64,000 bases of DNA from a bacterium (GTDB lineage: Bacteria; Patescibacteriota; Minisyncoccia; UBA6257; 02-FULL-45-10c): positions 2,748-66,747 of the forward strand of contig JAUYKI010000017.1 of assembly GCA_030700025.1 (NCBI GenBank). The letters are read 5' to 3'. A model generated the notes under the pieces. The model saw only the letters and a list, made by a program, of their open reading frames with translations, was not told where the DNA came from and did no database searches. Positions within the stretch are counted from its first letter, which is position 1. Every line of letters begins with the position of its first letter. This document shows positions 15,169-25,341 of this stretch, one piece after another. The translations under genes and the position numbers were made by a program.

Positions 15169-17028
15169 TGCGGTATAGTCGGTTACATCGGAAAACAGAA
15201 AGCCGCTCCCATACTTTTGGACGGCATTAAAAGCTTGGAGTATCGCGGTTATGATTCAGCGGGAATTTCCGTGATTAATAATCAAGGAGGAGTGGCGGAG
15301 GCGCAAGTGGAAAAAGCGGTTGGCAAAGTAATTAATTTAGAAAATAAAATAAAGTCCCGGGAGCTGTTAGGCGGCCTCGGGATTATTCATACCCGCTGGG
15401 CCACTCATGGCGGAGCCACCGAGGCCAATGCTCATCCGCATAGCGATTGCGCTGGCAATATTTGGCTGGTTCACAATGGAATTATTGAGAATTATAAAGA
15501 GCTAAAAAATGAACTGATTTCCGCCGGCCATCAGTTTAAATCGGAAACTGACACGGAAGTCGTTGCTCATTTAATCGAAGAGCAAGTTAAAAGTTTAAAG
15601 TCAAAAGTTCAAAGTTATGCGTTAGAGGACGCGGTGCGGTTAGCTTTGAAAAAAGTCCGCGGAGCTTACGCGCTGGCGATTATTGATAAGCGCGAGCCGG
15701 AAAAATTAGTGGCCGTCCGGAATTCCAGCCCGCTGATTTTGGGAATCGGCAATGATGAATATCTGGTGGCTTCGGACGCTTCGGCGGTAGTAAAGCATAC
15801 CCGCAAAGTGATTTATTTTAATGACGGCGAAATGGCAATTTTAACTCCGGATAATCATCGGGTGGTTAATCTGGAAAACCAGGCAGTAGATTCTCAGCCG
15901 CAAGAATTAGATTGGACTGTGGAAAGCGCCCAGAAAGGAGGCTATCCGCATTTTATGCTGAAAGAAATTTTTGAACAGCCGGAAGCGGTAGAAAATTGTT
16001 TGCGCGGAAGATTGGTAGTTCAAGAGGGAACGGCTAAACTGGGCGGATTGGAATCCATTAAAGATAAATTGCGGGAAATAAAAAGAATTCATATTTCCGC
16101 CTGCGGTACGGCTTATTTGGCCGGAAAAGTGGGTGAATATATGCTGGAAGAATATGCCGGCATTCCGGTAGAAGTGGATTTGGCTTCCGAGCTTCGTTAT
16201 CGCAAACCCGTTTTTGATAATCATGACGCGGTGCTGGTGATTTCCCAATCCGGAGAAACGGCGGATACGCTGGCTTCGGTAAAAGAAGCCAAGGAAAAGG
16301 GAATTTTAACTTTAGGCATTGTTAATACGGTGGGATCGTCCATTGCCCGGGAAACCGAAGCCGGAATTTATCAGCATATCGGTCCGGAAATCGGCGTAGC
16401 TTCCACCAAAGCATTTACTTCGCAGGTGGCGGTGCTGGCGCTCTTAACTTTATTTTTGGGAAGGCAGCGGCAAATGTCTTTGGTAACCGGCGAGCGGATC
16501 GCGCGGGAATTGCAGAGGTTGCCGGAATTAATCCGAAAAGTTTTGCAGTCCGAAGATTTAATAAAACAAATCGCCGTCAAATATCAGACCCACAATAATT
16601 TTTTATACTTAGGCCGGAAATATAATCTGCCGATTGCTTACGAGGGAGCGTTAAAATTAAAAGAAATTTCCTATATCCACGCTGAAGGCTATGGCGCCGG
16701 AGAAATGAAGCACGGCCCGATTGCCATGATTGACCAGAATTTGCCGTCGGTAGTAATTGTTCCGTCGGACTCGGTTTATGAAAAAACTGTTTCTAATATT
16801 GAGGAAATTCGCGCCCGTCGAGGTCCGGTTATCGCCATTGCCACTGAAGGCAACGAAGATATTAAAAGTTTGGCGGACGACGTTATTTATATTCCGAAAT
16901 CTTTGGAAATGCTGACTCCGATTTTATCGGCGGTTCCGCTCCAGCTTTTTGCTTATCATGTCGGAGTTTTGCGGGGATTGGACGTAGATAAGCCCCGTAA
17001 TCTCGCTAAATCGGTTACCGTGGAATAA
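15166..17028 (+). CDS. glmS: Glutamine--fructose-6-phosphate aminotransferase.
   Basis: The MCGIVGY N-terminal nucleophile, the glutaminase domain and two SIS domains are seen. Length is 620 aa. It carries an in-frame VKSLKSKVQSY repeat insert at 15586-15616. Confidence 0.92.
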   Translation: MCGIVGYIGKQKAAPILLDGIKSLEYRGYDSAGISVINNQGGVAEAQVEKAVGKVINLENKIKSRELLGGLGIIHTRWATHGGATEANAHPHSDCAGNIWLVHNGIIENYKELKNELISAGHQFKSETDTEVVAHLIEEQVKSLKSKVQSYALEDAVRLALKKVRGAYALAIIDKREPEKLVAVRNSSPLILGIGNDEYLVASDASAVVKHTRKVIYFNDGEMAILTPDNHRVVNLENQAVDSQPQELDWTVESAQKGGYPHFMLKEIFEQPEAVENCLRGRLVVQEGTAKLGGLESIKDKLREIKRIHISACGTAYLAGKVGEYMLEEYAGIPVEVDLASELRYRKPVFDNHDAVLVISQSGETADTLASVKEAKEKGILTLGIVNTVGSSIARETEAGIYQHIGPEIGVASTKAFTSQVAVLALLTLFLGRQRQMSLVTGERIARELQRLPELIRKVLQSEDLIKQIAVKYQTHNNFLYLGRKYNLPIAYEGALKLKEISYIHAEGYGAGEMKHGPIAMIDQNLPSVVIVPSDSVYEKTVSNIEEIRARRGPVIAIATEGNEDIKSLADDVIYIPKSLEMLTPILSAVPLQLFAYHVGVLRGLDVDKPRNLAKSVTVE

Positions 17029-17041
17029 AGTCGCCGTGAAT

Positions 17042-17075
17042 AAAAAATGCCCATCCTTCCGGATGGGCTTTAATT
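17042..17075. terminator. Bidirectional rho-independent terminator between glmS and the convergent secreted-protein gene.
   Basis: The hairpin gcccatccttccggatgggc is flanked by A and T runs. Confidence 0.65.
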
Positions 17076-17530
17076 TATTTAGTGGCAGGCTTTTTGCGTG
17101 GCGGCAGTTTTTCCAGCGGAATGACATTAGAAGTTTCGGTGTAAGCAAACCAGATAGTTGCGCTTTCTTGTTTTGATTCATCAAACACCCGGACAACTTG
17201 GAGGATCGTAAACTTGCCGGCGTCTCTAACAATTTCGTGGAAAAGCGCGCGAAGCGTTTTTCCTCCTCCGTAGTTGCCGGCGTATTCTTGGGCAAAGTTA
17301 AATTCTTTAGATTGCAGGCGGATGGCTAGAGGGTCTTTTACTCTTTCGGATGCCCGCGGCAGGGTATAAATGATATTGGAGCTGTTGCCGACAGTAGTTT
17401 CGTCTCCGCCAAATAATACGGCGCCGGTTACCATGCCGAGAAGGAAGGTGCTCCCTTGGGCAGGCTGGGCGGTGGTTAATCCGAAGATCAGCAGAGCTGA
17501 CATTGCCAGGACACTCGCGGTTTTTTTCAT
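17075..17530 (-). CDS. Secreted hypothetical protein.
   Basis: 151 aa with the signal peptide MKKTASVLAMSALLIFGLTTAQPAQG. It lies convergent with glmS. Confidence 0.55.
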   Translation of the reverse strand: MKKTASVLAMSALLIFGLTTAQPAQGSTFLLGMVTGAVLFGGDETTVGNSSNIIYTLPRASERVKDPLAIRLQSKEFNFAQEYAGNYGGGKTLRALFHEIVRDAGKFTILQVVRVFDESKQESATIWFAYTETSNVIPLEKLPPRKKPATK

Positions 17531-17630
17531 GTTTTTCCCCGTGCTGAGCTTGTCGAAGCGCTCGATTCACTTTTCAATCTGCGTTAGCAATACTATTATG
17601 ACAGCCGTTAAGTGTCAATTGTTAAAAGTT

Positions 17631-18701
17631 TTAGATGCCGAGATAATCCAAGAATTTTCCAAGTTGGGCGTTTTTGGGGCTATGGCTGGTTTTTTCGTTT
17701 GGCGGATTAATAACCATAGATCCGCGAATCAGCTGGGTGTCCAGAAAAGCATCTTTCAGTTTTTTAAAAACTCCGGTTAATTTTTTGGTTTGGGATGTAA
17801 GGAAAAAACTGCTATTAGCAGAACTCCACAAAGCATAAGTATCAAAGCCTAGCGCTTTGGCGGCGGTAAATCCTAGAGGAATTTGATTGCGTTGTTTGAG
17901 CCGTCCGGTTTTTGGATCTTGCGTAGTTTCCACGATGTTTAATAATACTTTTCCCAATTCGGCGCTTTCCGGCTTGGCTCCGCCTTCTGCCATGCGTTTT
18001 TTGGCGGCTTCAATTCCGTTTAAAGATATTTGGACCAATCCTTTATTTTGAAGGCAGATATCCCATAAATTAACCTTTTTACCGCCGGATTCTTTTACCG
18101 TGATTTGTTTGGCCTCTTCTTCGGCAAATGGCTGGCGCGGATCCCGGCCCTCCTGGAAGAATTTGGCAATTAAGCTTAGTGGCAGGGCTTTATAGATTCC
18201 ATAAGGAGTCCGCCACCAGTCATTTTTTAAAAACTCTTCGTCAATCGGATAATCTAAATTATCTATTTGGGTTACAAACTCGGAAAAATTATCCAGCCAC
18301 TTTTCCTTTTTCAGCATTCCGGCTTTAGTCAGGGATTCATAAACAATTGCGGTGGCGGAAGTGGGCTTGCCTTGTTCCGGACCGTGATGGTCAAAGAAAA
18401 TACTGCCGTCTTCTTCCATGGTTAATTCCGGCTTGCCCCCGGTATCAATATGCACCGCGCCGGCCAGGTCTTTTCCTTTTGGCACGAAAGTTACCATTTT
18501 ATAATTAATGCCCGCTAAATCCATTAAAAAGACTCCGCCCATCGCGTCTAAGTCGGGCCGGAGCTTTAATTGGCTTTTTCCGCCTTCGTGGCGGAAATCA
18601 CCGTGGATAACCAGCTGGTCAAAGCCGGCCTTCAGGGTTTCCGCTACCCGTTCTAATGTTTTTTGCTCTGATTTTTCCGGATTGGCTTTAAATTGTTCCA
18701 T
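17631..18701 (-). CDS. Hypothetical protein, possibly a DHH-like phosphoesterase (weak).
   Basis: 356 aa with SD aaaggtgaggg. It contains FFDHHGP and HIDTGG, reminiscent of DHH motifs. No confident family assignment is possible by eye. Confidence 0.5.
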   Translation of the reverse strand: MEQFKANPEKSEQKTLERVAETLKAGFDQLVIHGDFRHEGGKSQLKLRPDLDAMGGVFLMDLAGINYKMVTFVPKGKDLAGAVHIDTGGKPELTMEEDGSIFFDHHGPEQGKPTSATAIVYESLTKAGMLKKEKWLDNFSEFVTQIDNLDYPIDEEFLKNDWWRTPYGIYKALPLSLIAKFFQEGRDPRQPFAEEEAKQITVKESGGKKVNLWDICLQNKGLVQISLNGIEAAKKRMAEGGAKPESAELGKVLLNIVETTQDPKTGRLKQRNQIPLGFTAAKALGFDTYALWSSANSSFFLTSQTKKLTGVFKKLKDAFLDTQLIRGSMVINPPNEKTSHSPKNAQLGKFLDYLGI

Positions 18702-19148
18702 CCCTCACCTTTAAAGAACTGCGACGCTATCGCAATTCTTGATTTTAATTAAATGACTTTTTATTGTTGAAAACATAGTTTTGAGTATTAACTTGGCTTC
18801 GGACGCATTATTGGTTCTTTAAGGGTGAGGGATTACTTTCTTTACGATAGCTTAAAACGGCTAACTTGGAAATGGGGGAATACATGGGGTACTTGACAAA
18901 ATAAGCCCTATATATTATCATATAAACTATGGAAATAAATTCCAATCGACAATTTAATATACAAGTTAAACCTCTTGGCACCCACTATGGGATGGTTTCG
19001 GTTTTTAGCCAAGGCGGTTTTTATATTAATTGGAGAATAGAGTAATTTAAACTTCAAAAGATATTGATCTTATTTAAAGAACGCCTCGGCTAGATAAACC
19101 GAGGCGTTTTGGTTTATCTAGAAAGCACCTTGAAAAGGAGAAAAGAAA

Positions 19149-19637
19149 ATGGACATCCGGGCAGTGATTCGCGGTGTCGGGCCGGACAAGAAGTTTCTGC
19201 TGGTTAGCTATAATTTGGTTTGGGGATTTAAGAGCGGAATACAGAACGGCGGACGGCTGATTATTTGCGCTGGCGATTCTAGAAGCGCCAGCTTAATGAG
19301 CGGAGAAGATAGGTTTGAAGCAGTAAGGCCCCGTTCCGAGTATGATGAGTTGGGATCTAGATTCGTTACCCCTTCGGGCCAGGAAGTTAGAAAGAGCGAC
19401 CTTGGGTTAGTAGTAGTTTACGCGGGATTCGATTTTAAGCTTGCCATAGATTGGGCAAGAATTTTAAAGAAGAATCGATCGATTATTGTCTGGGTCGTAG
19501 CTTGTGATTGTGACTGGGGAAGAAAGAAGAGGATGATAGAAGGAACCGATATTGAGTTAATAGAGGCACGGTGTGGCGGAGACTTTGAGATGGGAAATAT
19601 CGCGCGGGAGATATTGACTGCCACTAATCCAAATTAA
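19149..19637 (+). CDS. Hypothetical protein.
   Basis: 162 aa with SD aaggag. A terminator hairpin follows at 19644-19671. Confidence 0.55.
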   Translation: MDIRAVIRGVGPDKKFLLVSYNLVWGFKSGIQNGGRLIICAGDSRSASLMSGEDRFEAVRPRSEYDELGSRFVTPSGQEVRKSDLGLVVVYAGFDFKLAIDWARILKKNRSIIVWVVACDCDWGRKKRMIEGTDIELIEARCGGDFEMGNIAREILTATNPN

Positions 19638-19734
19638 GTTTGAAGCCGGGCATAATACCCGGCTTTTTTATTGACAGATTGATCGGGCCCATATATATTA
19701 ATTTGGCTACAAGAGCTTTGCGGGAGGTGGCGCA

Positions 19735-19974
19735 ATGGCAGTGGTTCACAAGAGAAATAAAGTTGCGGAAGCTCAGGAATTTTTGAATAGCGACGTTGCG
19801 AAGAGCCATGGACTTCGAATTATGAAATGGGATGGCAAAAAAGTTCTGGCATGGGATAGCCGAAGGCAAAAATGGACCATTGACGATTGCTTTCGGGGCG
19901 GACCACTATGGGAGGGCTTTGTACGGCTGGCATTCTATTTTCAACGAAAGAAGCCGTTTCAAGTTTCCATTTAA
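19735..19974 (+). CDS. Small hypothetical protein, 79 aa.
   Basis: SD ggaggtg lies 8 nt upstream of the ATG. A strong terminator follows at 19986-20017. Confidence 0.5.
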   Translation: MAVVHKRNKVAEAQEFLNSDVAKSHGLRIMKWDGKKVLAWDSRRQKWTIDDCFRGGPLWEGFVRLAFYFQRKKPFQVSI

Positions 19975-19985
19975 GATGGTATATC

Positions 19986-20017
19986 GCCCGCGGAATTCCG
20001 CGGGCATTTTTATTTTT
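19986..20017 (+). terminator. Rho-independent terminator.
   Basis: The perfect palindrome gcccgcggaattccgcgggc is followed by atttttattttt. Confidence 0.65.
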
Positions 20018-20029
20018 AATTGGCTTGTA

Positions 20030-20066
20030 TCGCGTTATGGGATTACTATTAGAATAGGTTCTATTA
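20030..20066. repeat. Solo 3' terminus of the family-1 element (gcgttatgggattactattagaataggttct) directly before a start codon.
   Basis: It matches gcgttatgggattattattgggataggttct at the ends of the copies at 6060-6093 and 44800-44831. Confidence 0.55.
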
Positions 20067-20905
20067 TGGAAAAGTTTATCGGATTAATTTTATTGGCTTT
20101 TGCCGTTGCCGCGGGAATCTTTATATTTTCCCGCGAGGGCGGTTTGTCCAAGTTGGCGGCTCCTTACACTGTTAAGTTGGAGCCGTATTCTTACCGGCAA
20201 AGATATTCGGATGCCGGAGCGGATCAGCCCTCTGGATCGGACTATAGCTCTTACGGCCAATCGGAAATTGAAAACAGAAAGTTGTTAACCATTTCTTCGT
20301 TCCGGCCAGCCAATAGTTATGTTTCTTATTCGGAGATAGTTTTAGATTCCAATTTGAACAGCGGCGAGACCGCGGACATTACCGGCTGGATCATTAAGGG
20401 TGAACACGGATCATTCACTATTCCGCGGGCGCAGGAAGTTTTTTCTTCCGGCGGAGTTGAGGGCAATATCGTGGCGCGTTCCCGGGACGCGATTTATCTT
20501 TATTCCGGCTTTGGACCGAAGGGCAATTTCCGTTTGAATAAATGCCTTGGTTACATAGAAGACGTTGCTCCGTTTACGCCGCCTCTGCCTAAAGATTGCC
20601 CGCAAATTTCCTGGTCGGAGATGCAGAGGTTCGGGGGTTATTGCCGGGATTATATTTCTTCGCTGGATACTTGCCAGACACCGAATGCTAATCCGCCGGT
20701 GCCCTTGGAAGATACGGCTTGCCACGCTTTTTTGCGGGATTTGAACTATGTCGGCTGTGTTGCGAATCATCGGAACGATCAGGATTTTCGTTCCAACGAA
20801 TGGAGGGTTTGGATGGGGGATCAGATGAATATCTTTGACCCAATTCACGATCGAATCCAGCTTTGGGATAAAAGCGGAAAATTGGTAGACGAATACATTT
20901 ATTAG
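20066..20905 (+). CDS. Secreted or membrane-anchored Cys-rich hypothetical protein.
   Basis: Signal/TM MEKFIGLILLAFAVAAGIFIF and multiple Cys residues are seen. The ORF-track extension to 19832 would overlap an upstream gene and terminator, so the start is taken at 20066. Confidence 0.6.
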   Translation: MEKFIGLILLAFAVAAGIFIFSREGGLSKLAAPYTVKLEPYSYRQRYSDAGADQPSGSDYSSYGQSEIENRKLLTISSFRPANSYVSYSEIVLDSNLNSGETADITGWIIKGEHGSFTIPRAQEVFSSGGVEGNIVARSRDAIYLYSGFGPKGNFRLNKCLGYIEDVAPFTPPLPKDCPQISWSEMQRFGGYCRDYISSLDTCQTPNANPPVPLEDTACHAFLRDLNYVGCVANHRNDQDFRSNEWRVWMGDQMNIFDPIHDRIQLWDKSGKLVDEYIY

Positions 20906-20947
20906 GCTACGAAATACGAAACAATACGAAATTACGAAAAAGAGGGA

Positions 20948-21985
20948 TTATTTTCTTTCCGCTAGGATAATCTTAAGCTCTAATTCTTTATTGCCGCGCA
21001 GAACCTTCATTTTTAAAATATCTCCGGCCCCAAGCTCTTCCAGGAAATCCTGAATGGTTTTTTGCATAGTAATTTTTTCGCCGTTGCATTCCAAAACAAT
21101 ATCTTTTTCTTGCAGGCCGGCTATTTCCGCCGGAGTGCCGGGCACGATTCCCGCGTGATGCGGGCCCTTACCAATAACTAAAGCGCCGTAATTTATCGGC
21201 AATTTCATTTTTTCTTGAAGAGTTTCGTCAATGGTGATGTAGCGGACTCCTAGAAGCGGACGGCGGACGTGGCCGAACTTAGCCACATCTTCCAAATCCC
21301 GCCTGGCATAATTGATTGGTATGGCAAAGCCGATATTCTGGGCGCCGAAGACAATGGCGGCATTAATGCCAATGGCCTCTCCGTTTATATTTACCAATGG
21401 GCCCCCGGAGTTGCCCGGATTGATAGCGGCGTCGGTTTGAATGAGCCCGCGCATTTCTTGAATTGGCGATTCTTGATCCGCCTTGGCGGCTATGGATCGG
21501 GATAATCCGGAGATGATTCCCGAAGAAACCGTATTTTGGAAGATTCCCAAGGCATTGCCAATTGCCAGAACAGTTTGTCCCAATTCCACCGTGGCGGATT
21601 CGCCCAGCGGAATAGTCGGCAAGTTTTTTGCGTCAATTTTGAGAATGGCTACGTCGTCTACCGGATCGCGCCCTAGAATAACCGCGGGGTATTTTTTATT
21701 ATCAAATGTAACAATGGTATATTCGGCGTTCGGGTCGGCGATTACGTGCTTGTTAGTTAAAATTATTCCATTTGGATCAACGATAAACCCCGATCCGCCG
21801 CCAATTTGCACCCGTCCATGGGCGTCAATTTTTTCTTCGGGGATTCTCATTTCCGGAACGCCGAACGGAAAAAAAGGAAACATTTCCAAGGGCAGTTCTT
21901 TTTCCAGCTCTTCCAGGCTTTTGGAAATAATAACAGAGACTACAGCCGGCATTGTTTTCTTAATTATTTTAGGAAATTCTTCCAT
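20948..21985 (-). CDS. htrA: HtrA/DegP-family serine protease (trypsin-like plus PDZ).
   Basis: GSGFIVDPNGIILTNKHV (His), GNSGGPL (Ser) and a C-terminal PDZ domain are seen. Confidence 0.85.
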   Translation of the reverse strand: MEEFPKIIKKTMPAVVSVIISKSLEELEKELPLEMFPFFPFGVPEMRIPEEKIDAHGRVQIGGGSGFIVDPNGIILTNKHVIADPNAEYTIVTFDNKKYPAVILGRDPVDDVAILKIDAKNLPTIPLGESATVELGQTVLAIGNALGIFQNTVSSGIISGLSRSIAAKADQESPIQEMRGLIQTDAAINPGNSGGPLVNINGEAIGINAAIVFGAQNIGFAIPINYARRDLEDVAKFGHVRRPLLGVRYITIDETLQEKMKLPINYGALVIGKGPHHAGIVPGTPAEIAGLQEKDIVLECNGEKITMQKTIQDFLEELGAGDILKMKVLRGNKELELKIILAERK

Positions 21986-22088
21986 AAGAGTATTCGCTAA
22001 TAATGCGAATTACGGCAAATAACACGAATAACAAAATATTTTTTTATCTTATATTCGCATTATTTAATGCTATTCGCGATTACTCATA

Positions 22089-24686
22089 TTATAGCTTTTT
22101 AATTACCAACTTACCAACTTCAATTGCTAGAATGTTTACAAAACCGACTGCGAATACTCCCCAAAGCCAAACTGGCGGCAGGGCGATGGTATTTAAGATA
22201 TTTTGAAGCGGCAGCCAATAGATGGAGAAGGCCATCAACGTCAGTCCGAGAACTACGCCAGCTACCACATAGAGGTTAGAGAATGGATTAAAGGTGAAAA
22301 TACTTCTTTGAAGATTGCGGATGGCAAATATCAGGAATAGCGAATAAGTTCCGAATGACGCGAAAATAAAAGTCCTGACCAATAGCGGATCAAATCCCGC
22401 TTTAAGCAATCCGTAATAAAGTCCGAAAAGTAAAAAGCTGGTTGGAAGGCTGATGGCAAAGATTAAGAACTTCATTTCTCTGTCTAGCAGGCCCTTGGTT
22501 AGTTTTCGCGGCTGGGTAAACAGATATTCAAAGCGATCTTCAAAGGCCAGGGTAATAGCCGGCAAGCTATCGGTGATTAAATTAACCCATAAAATTTGAA
22601 CGGCGCTTAGGGGCAGGGTTAGGCCAAACAGCAATGACCCGCCGATTAGAATCAATTCATCTCCTACGGAAGAGAAGAAATAGACAATGACTTTGCGGAT
22701 GTTTTCCATAATACGGCGGCCCTCGGCAATGGCGGTTACGATAGTTTCGTAGTTGTCATTTAAGAGCACCAGCTCGGAAACATCTTTAGCGACATCAGCG
22801 CCGGATCCCATGGCGATGCCAATGTCCGCTTGTTTTAAGCTGGGCGCGTCATTAACTCCGTCGCCGGTCATAGCGACAATCGCGCCCATTTCCTGGTATC
22901 CTTTAACAATTTTTACTTTTCCTTCCGGGCTGACGCGGGAAACAAAACTTAAATTCGGCAGGCGGAGCTTCAATTCTTCCATGGAAAGATTTTCTAATTC
23001 GGCGCCATCCAAGCCATTTTCCTTTTTAATTGGAAAACCCAGTTCTTTGGCAATAGTTTCGGCGGTGCCTCGATGATCGCCGGTGACAATAACGGTTTTA
23101 ATTCCGACTTGCTGGGTGCGGTGAATGGCGTCGTGAACGCCCGGCCGCAAGGGATCGCGAAACGAAATAGTGCCGAGAAATTTCAGATTTTCTATTTTCG
23201 CATTGGCGGTTAAGGAAAAATTTTTGCCGGTTACATCTTTAGTGGCCACGCCCAGCACCCTTTCACCGCTGTGCGCCATATGGTTGATATTTTGCGTTAT
23301 TTTTTTGCCTTCTTCTTCGGAAGTCTGGCCGGACAATTTTAATAATATTTCCGGCGCGCCAAAAACCGTTAGCCATTCTTTTCCCTCGGATTCAATTATG
23401 GCCGCGGAATATTTATTTAAAGAGTTAAACGGCAGATAGCCGAGAGTTTTTACCTCTTTTTTTATTTTATGCGCTAAAACTCCGAATGCCGCGCCAGCCC
23501 GCACGACCGCGGTTTCCAGCGGACGCCCGACAATCCGCCACTTTTCGTAAGGATCCTTGGGATTCTCAATTACCACATCCGAATTAATAATGGCAATTTG
23601 AAGCAAGAACTTTTGAGTAGATTCTGAATTGTCCATTGTGGTGATATTGGCTAGCGACATCTTAGCTTCGGTCAGAGTTCCGGTTTTGTCGGTCAAGATT
23701 ATCGAAGTGCTGCCTAAGGTTTCCGCCGCGAGCAATTTTTTTACCACGGCTTTTTTTCGCGCTAATCTTTGGACGCCGACAGCTAGAATAACCGTTAAAG
23801 CCACAGGCAATCCTTCGGGAACGGCTGAAACCGCGATGGCGACGGAAGTCAGGAACATTTCAAATGGCGAGCGTCCGCTAAAAAGTCCTATGGCAAAAAC
23901 AACGGCAGTAAGGCTGATTAAAATAATGGATGCCTTGACGCTGAAGCGATTGATGGCAGTTTGAAGCGGAGTGTCTTCTTGCCGGTGATGATTCCGGACC
24001 AAAGAGGCGATTCTTCCTAGTTCGGAATTAAGCCCGGTATTACAGACTACGGCATTAGCAAATCCCTGGACAATCAATGTTCCGCTGAAAACCATATTTT
24101 TTTGGTCGCCGATAACCGCCTGGAAATTAACCGGCTGGATTGATTTTCGGACCGGCAGAGATTCGCCGGTAAGAATTGACTCGTCCACCGTTAAATCATT
24201 GATGTAAAGCAATCGGCCGTCGGCCGGAATCCGGTCGCCTTGCGTAAGATGGATGATATCCCCGGGAACTAATTCCGTGGAGTCAATTTCATATTCGCGG
24301 TTTTCCCGGATGGTCCTCACCCTTTCTTCAATATAGCTTTTCAAGTGGGCAAGCGCGTTGCCGGCTTTATTTTCCTGATAGAACCCCAAAAAAGTATTAA
24401 AAAAAGCCGCCGCTAAAATAATTAGGGCGTCATTATAATCTTTTACTAAAACGCTAACCAAGCCGGCAATGACCAGCAGAAAAATCAGCGGGCTTTGGAG
24501 CTGTTCCAAAAAAATTTTGAATTTTGTGGCGCGGCTTTTTTCCGGGATGGCATTGGCGCCAAATATATTGAGCCGTTCCTTGGCTTCGTTTTCGGTTAAC
24601 CCTTCCTGGTTAGTTTCCAGGCAGTCCAGAACCTCCGGAATGGGCAGGGCCCAAAAAGATTTTTTTATAATATTTTCAGATATCAC
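22089..24686 (-). CDS. P-type cation-transporting ATPase (P2-type, Ca/Mg-like).
   Basis: DKTGTLT phosphorylation motif, TGES and GDGVNDAPSL are seen. The 865 aa protein has 10 TM segments. Confidence 0.9.
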   Translation of the reverse strand: MISENIIKKSFWALPIPEVLDCLETNQEGLTENEAKERLNIFGANAIPEKSRATKFKIFLEQLQSPLIFLLVIAGLVSVLVKDYNDALIILAAAFFNTFLGFYQENKAGNALAHLKSYIEERVRTIRENREYEIDSTELVPGDIIHLTQGDRIPADGRLLYINDLTVDESILTGESLPVRKSIQPVNFQAVIGDQKNMVFSGTLIVQGFANAVVCNTGLNSELGRIASLVRNHHRQEDTPLQTAINRFSVKASIILISLTAVVFAIGLFSGRSPFEMFLTSVAIAVSAVPEGLPVALTVILAVGVQRLARKKAVVKKLLAAETLGSTSIILTDKTGTLTEAKMSLANITTMDNSESTQKFLLQIAIINSDVVIENPKDPYEKWRIVGRPLETAVVRAGAAFGVLAHKIKKEVKTLGYLPFNSLNKYSAAIIESEGKEWLTVFGAPEILLKLSGQTSEEEGKKITQNINHMAHSGERVLGVATKDVTGKNFSLTANAKIENLKFLGTISFRDPLRPGVHDAIHRTQQVGIKTVIVTGDHRGTAETIAKELGFPIKKENGLDGAELENLSMEELKLRLPNLSFVSRVSPEGKVKIVKGYQEMGAIVAMTGDGVNDAPSLKQADIGIAMGSGADVAKDVSELVLLNDNYETIVTAIAEGRRIMENIRKVIVYFFSSVGDELILIGGSLLFGLTLPLSAVQILWVNLITDSLPAITLAFEDRFEYLFTQPRKLTKGLLDREMKFLIFAISLPTSFLLFGLYYGLLKAGFDPLLVRTFIFASFGTYSLFLIFAIRNLQRSIFTFNPFSNLYVVAGVVLGLTLMAFSIYWLPLQNILNTIALPPVWLWGVFAVGFVNILAIEVGKLVIKKL

Positions 24687-24708
24687 TTCCTCTAATTATA
24701 ACAGATGG

Positions 24709-24745
24709 GGCGGGGATTGCGTTTTAAAACCCCCGCGTTTGCGGG
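24709..24745 (-). terminator. Minus-strand terminator after tRNA-Ser.
   Basis: On the minus strand, the hairpin cccccgcaaacgcggggg is followed by ttttaaaac. Confidence 0.5.
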
Positions 24746-24822
24746 GGTTAAATCGTAGCTCCGATGCTTCGATCGGGGCATAAGAAAATTTAAAGCTCAT
24801 TTTTCGCTAAGATTTTCTAATG

Positions 24823-24909
24823 CGGAAGCGGAAGGATTCGAACCTTCGAAGCCATTTCTGGCTTACCGCATTTCAAGTGCGGCCCATTCAACCGCTCTGG
24901 CACGCTTCC
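24823..24909 (-). tRNA. tRNA-Ser (anticodon TGA).
   Basis: An 87-nt cloverleaf with a long variable arm, the anticodon loop cuUGAaa, discriminator G and no encoded CCA. Confidence 0.85.
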
Positions 24910-24925
24910 ATCGAGGGTAACTAAT

Positions 24926-25282
24926 TTATAATAACCATAAAAGGAAACTAGCGACACTAATCGGAAAAATAATCAGCTGGATAGTTTTAACCTTTTCCAT
25001 ATCCAGGTTCATTCCTATCCGGTTGAAGAAATCAGCCACGAAGCTGTCCAGCGCCGGTTTGGGGGGATTCATTTTTTCCCGCAATTGATTTTGAATGATA
25101 GTCACTGCGCAACGCGGCCAGGTTATGGCTTGAGTTATTGAAACAACCAGGAAGAAAGCAATATTAAATACTTTAAGCGCAGGATGCCATAAGGCAATGG
25201 AGTTCGTAACCGGAAGAAAAATAACCCACATTACGATAAGGGCGTGCAGCCAGTACAGGATGGCTTCCAGGAGTACGATCAT
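24926..25282 (-). CDS. Small membrane protein, hypothetical.
   Basis: 118 aa with 3-4 TM helices. Confidence 0.5.
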   Translation of the reverse strand: MIVLLEAILYWLHALIVMWVIFLPVTNSIALWHPALKVFNIAFFLVVSITQAITWPRCAVTIIQNQLREKMNPPKPALDSFVADFFNRIGMNLDMEKVKTIQLIIFPISVASFLLWLL

Positions 25283-25341
25283 GATTGCGCCTCCTTCTTT
25301 ATATTAGATTTTAAACAGCTATCGAATTTTTATCAGGAAAA

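Noticed and set aside
17370-17780. Plus-strand 136-aa ORF spanning two minus-strand genes.
   Set aside because: It overlaps the secreted-protein gene (clear signal peptide on the minus strand) and the start region of the next minus-strand gene. There is no SD.
18925-19041. 38-aa ORF (MEINSNRQFNIQVKPLGTHYGMVSVFSQGGFYINWRIE) in the 18.7-19.1 kb spacer, resembling the N-terminus of DUF3467-type small proteins.
   Set aside because: There is no SD, it is only 38 aa, and it is possibly a truncated remnant. The evidence is insufficient to call it a gene, and it might be a pseudogene fragment.
19832-20065. N-terminal extension of the 20066-20905 ORF given in the ORF track.
   Set aside because: The extension overlaps an independent upstream gene (19735-19974) that has its own SD, and it crosses a strong terminator at 19986-20017. 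The signal peptide begins at the Met at 20066.
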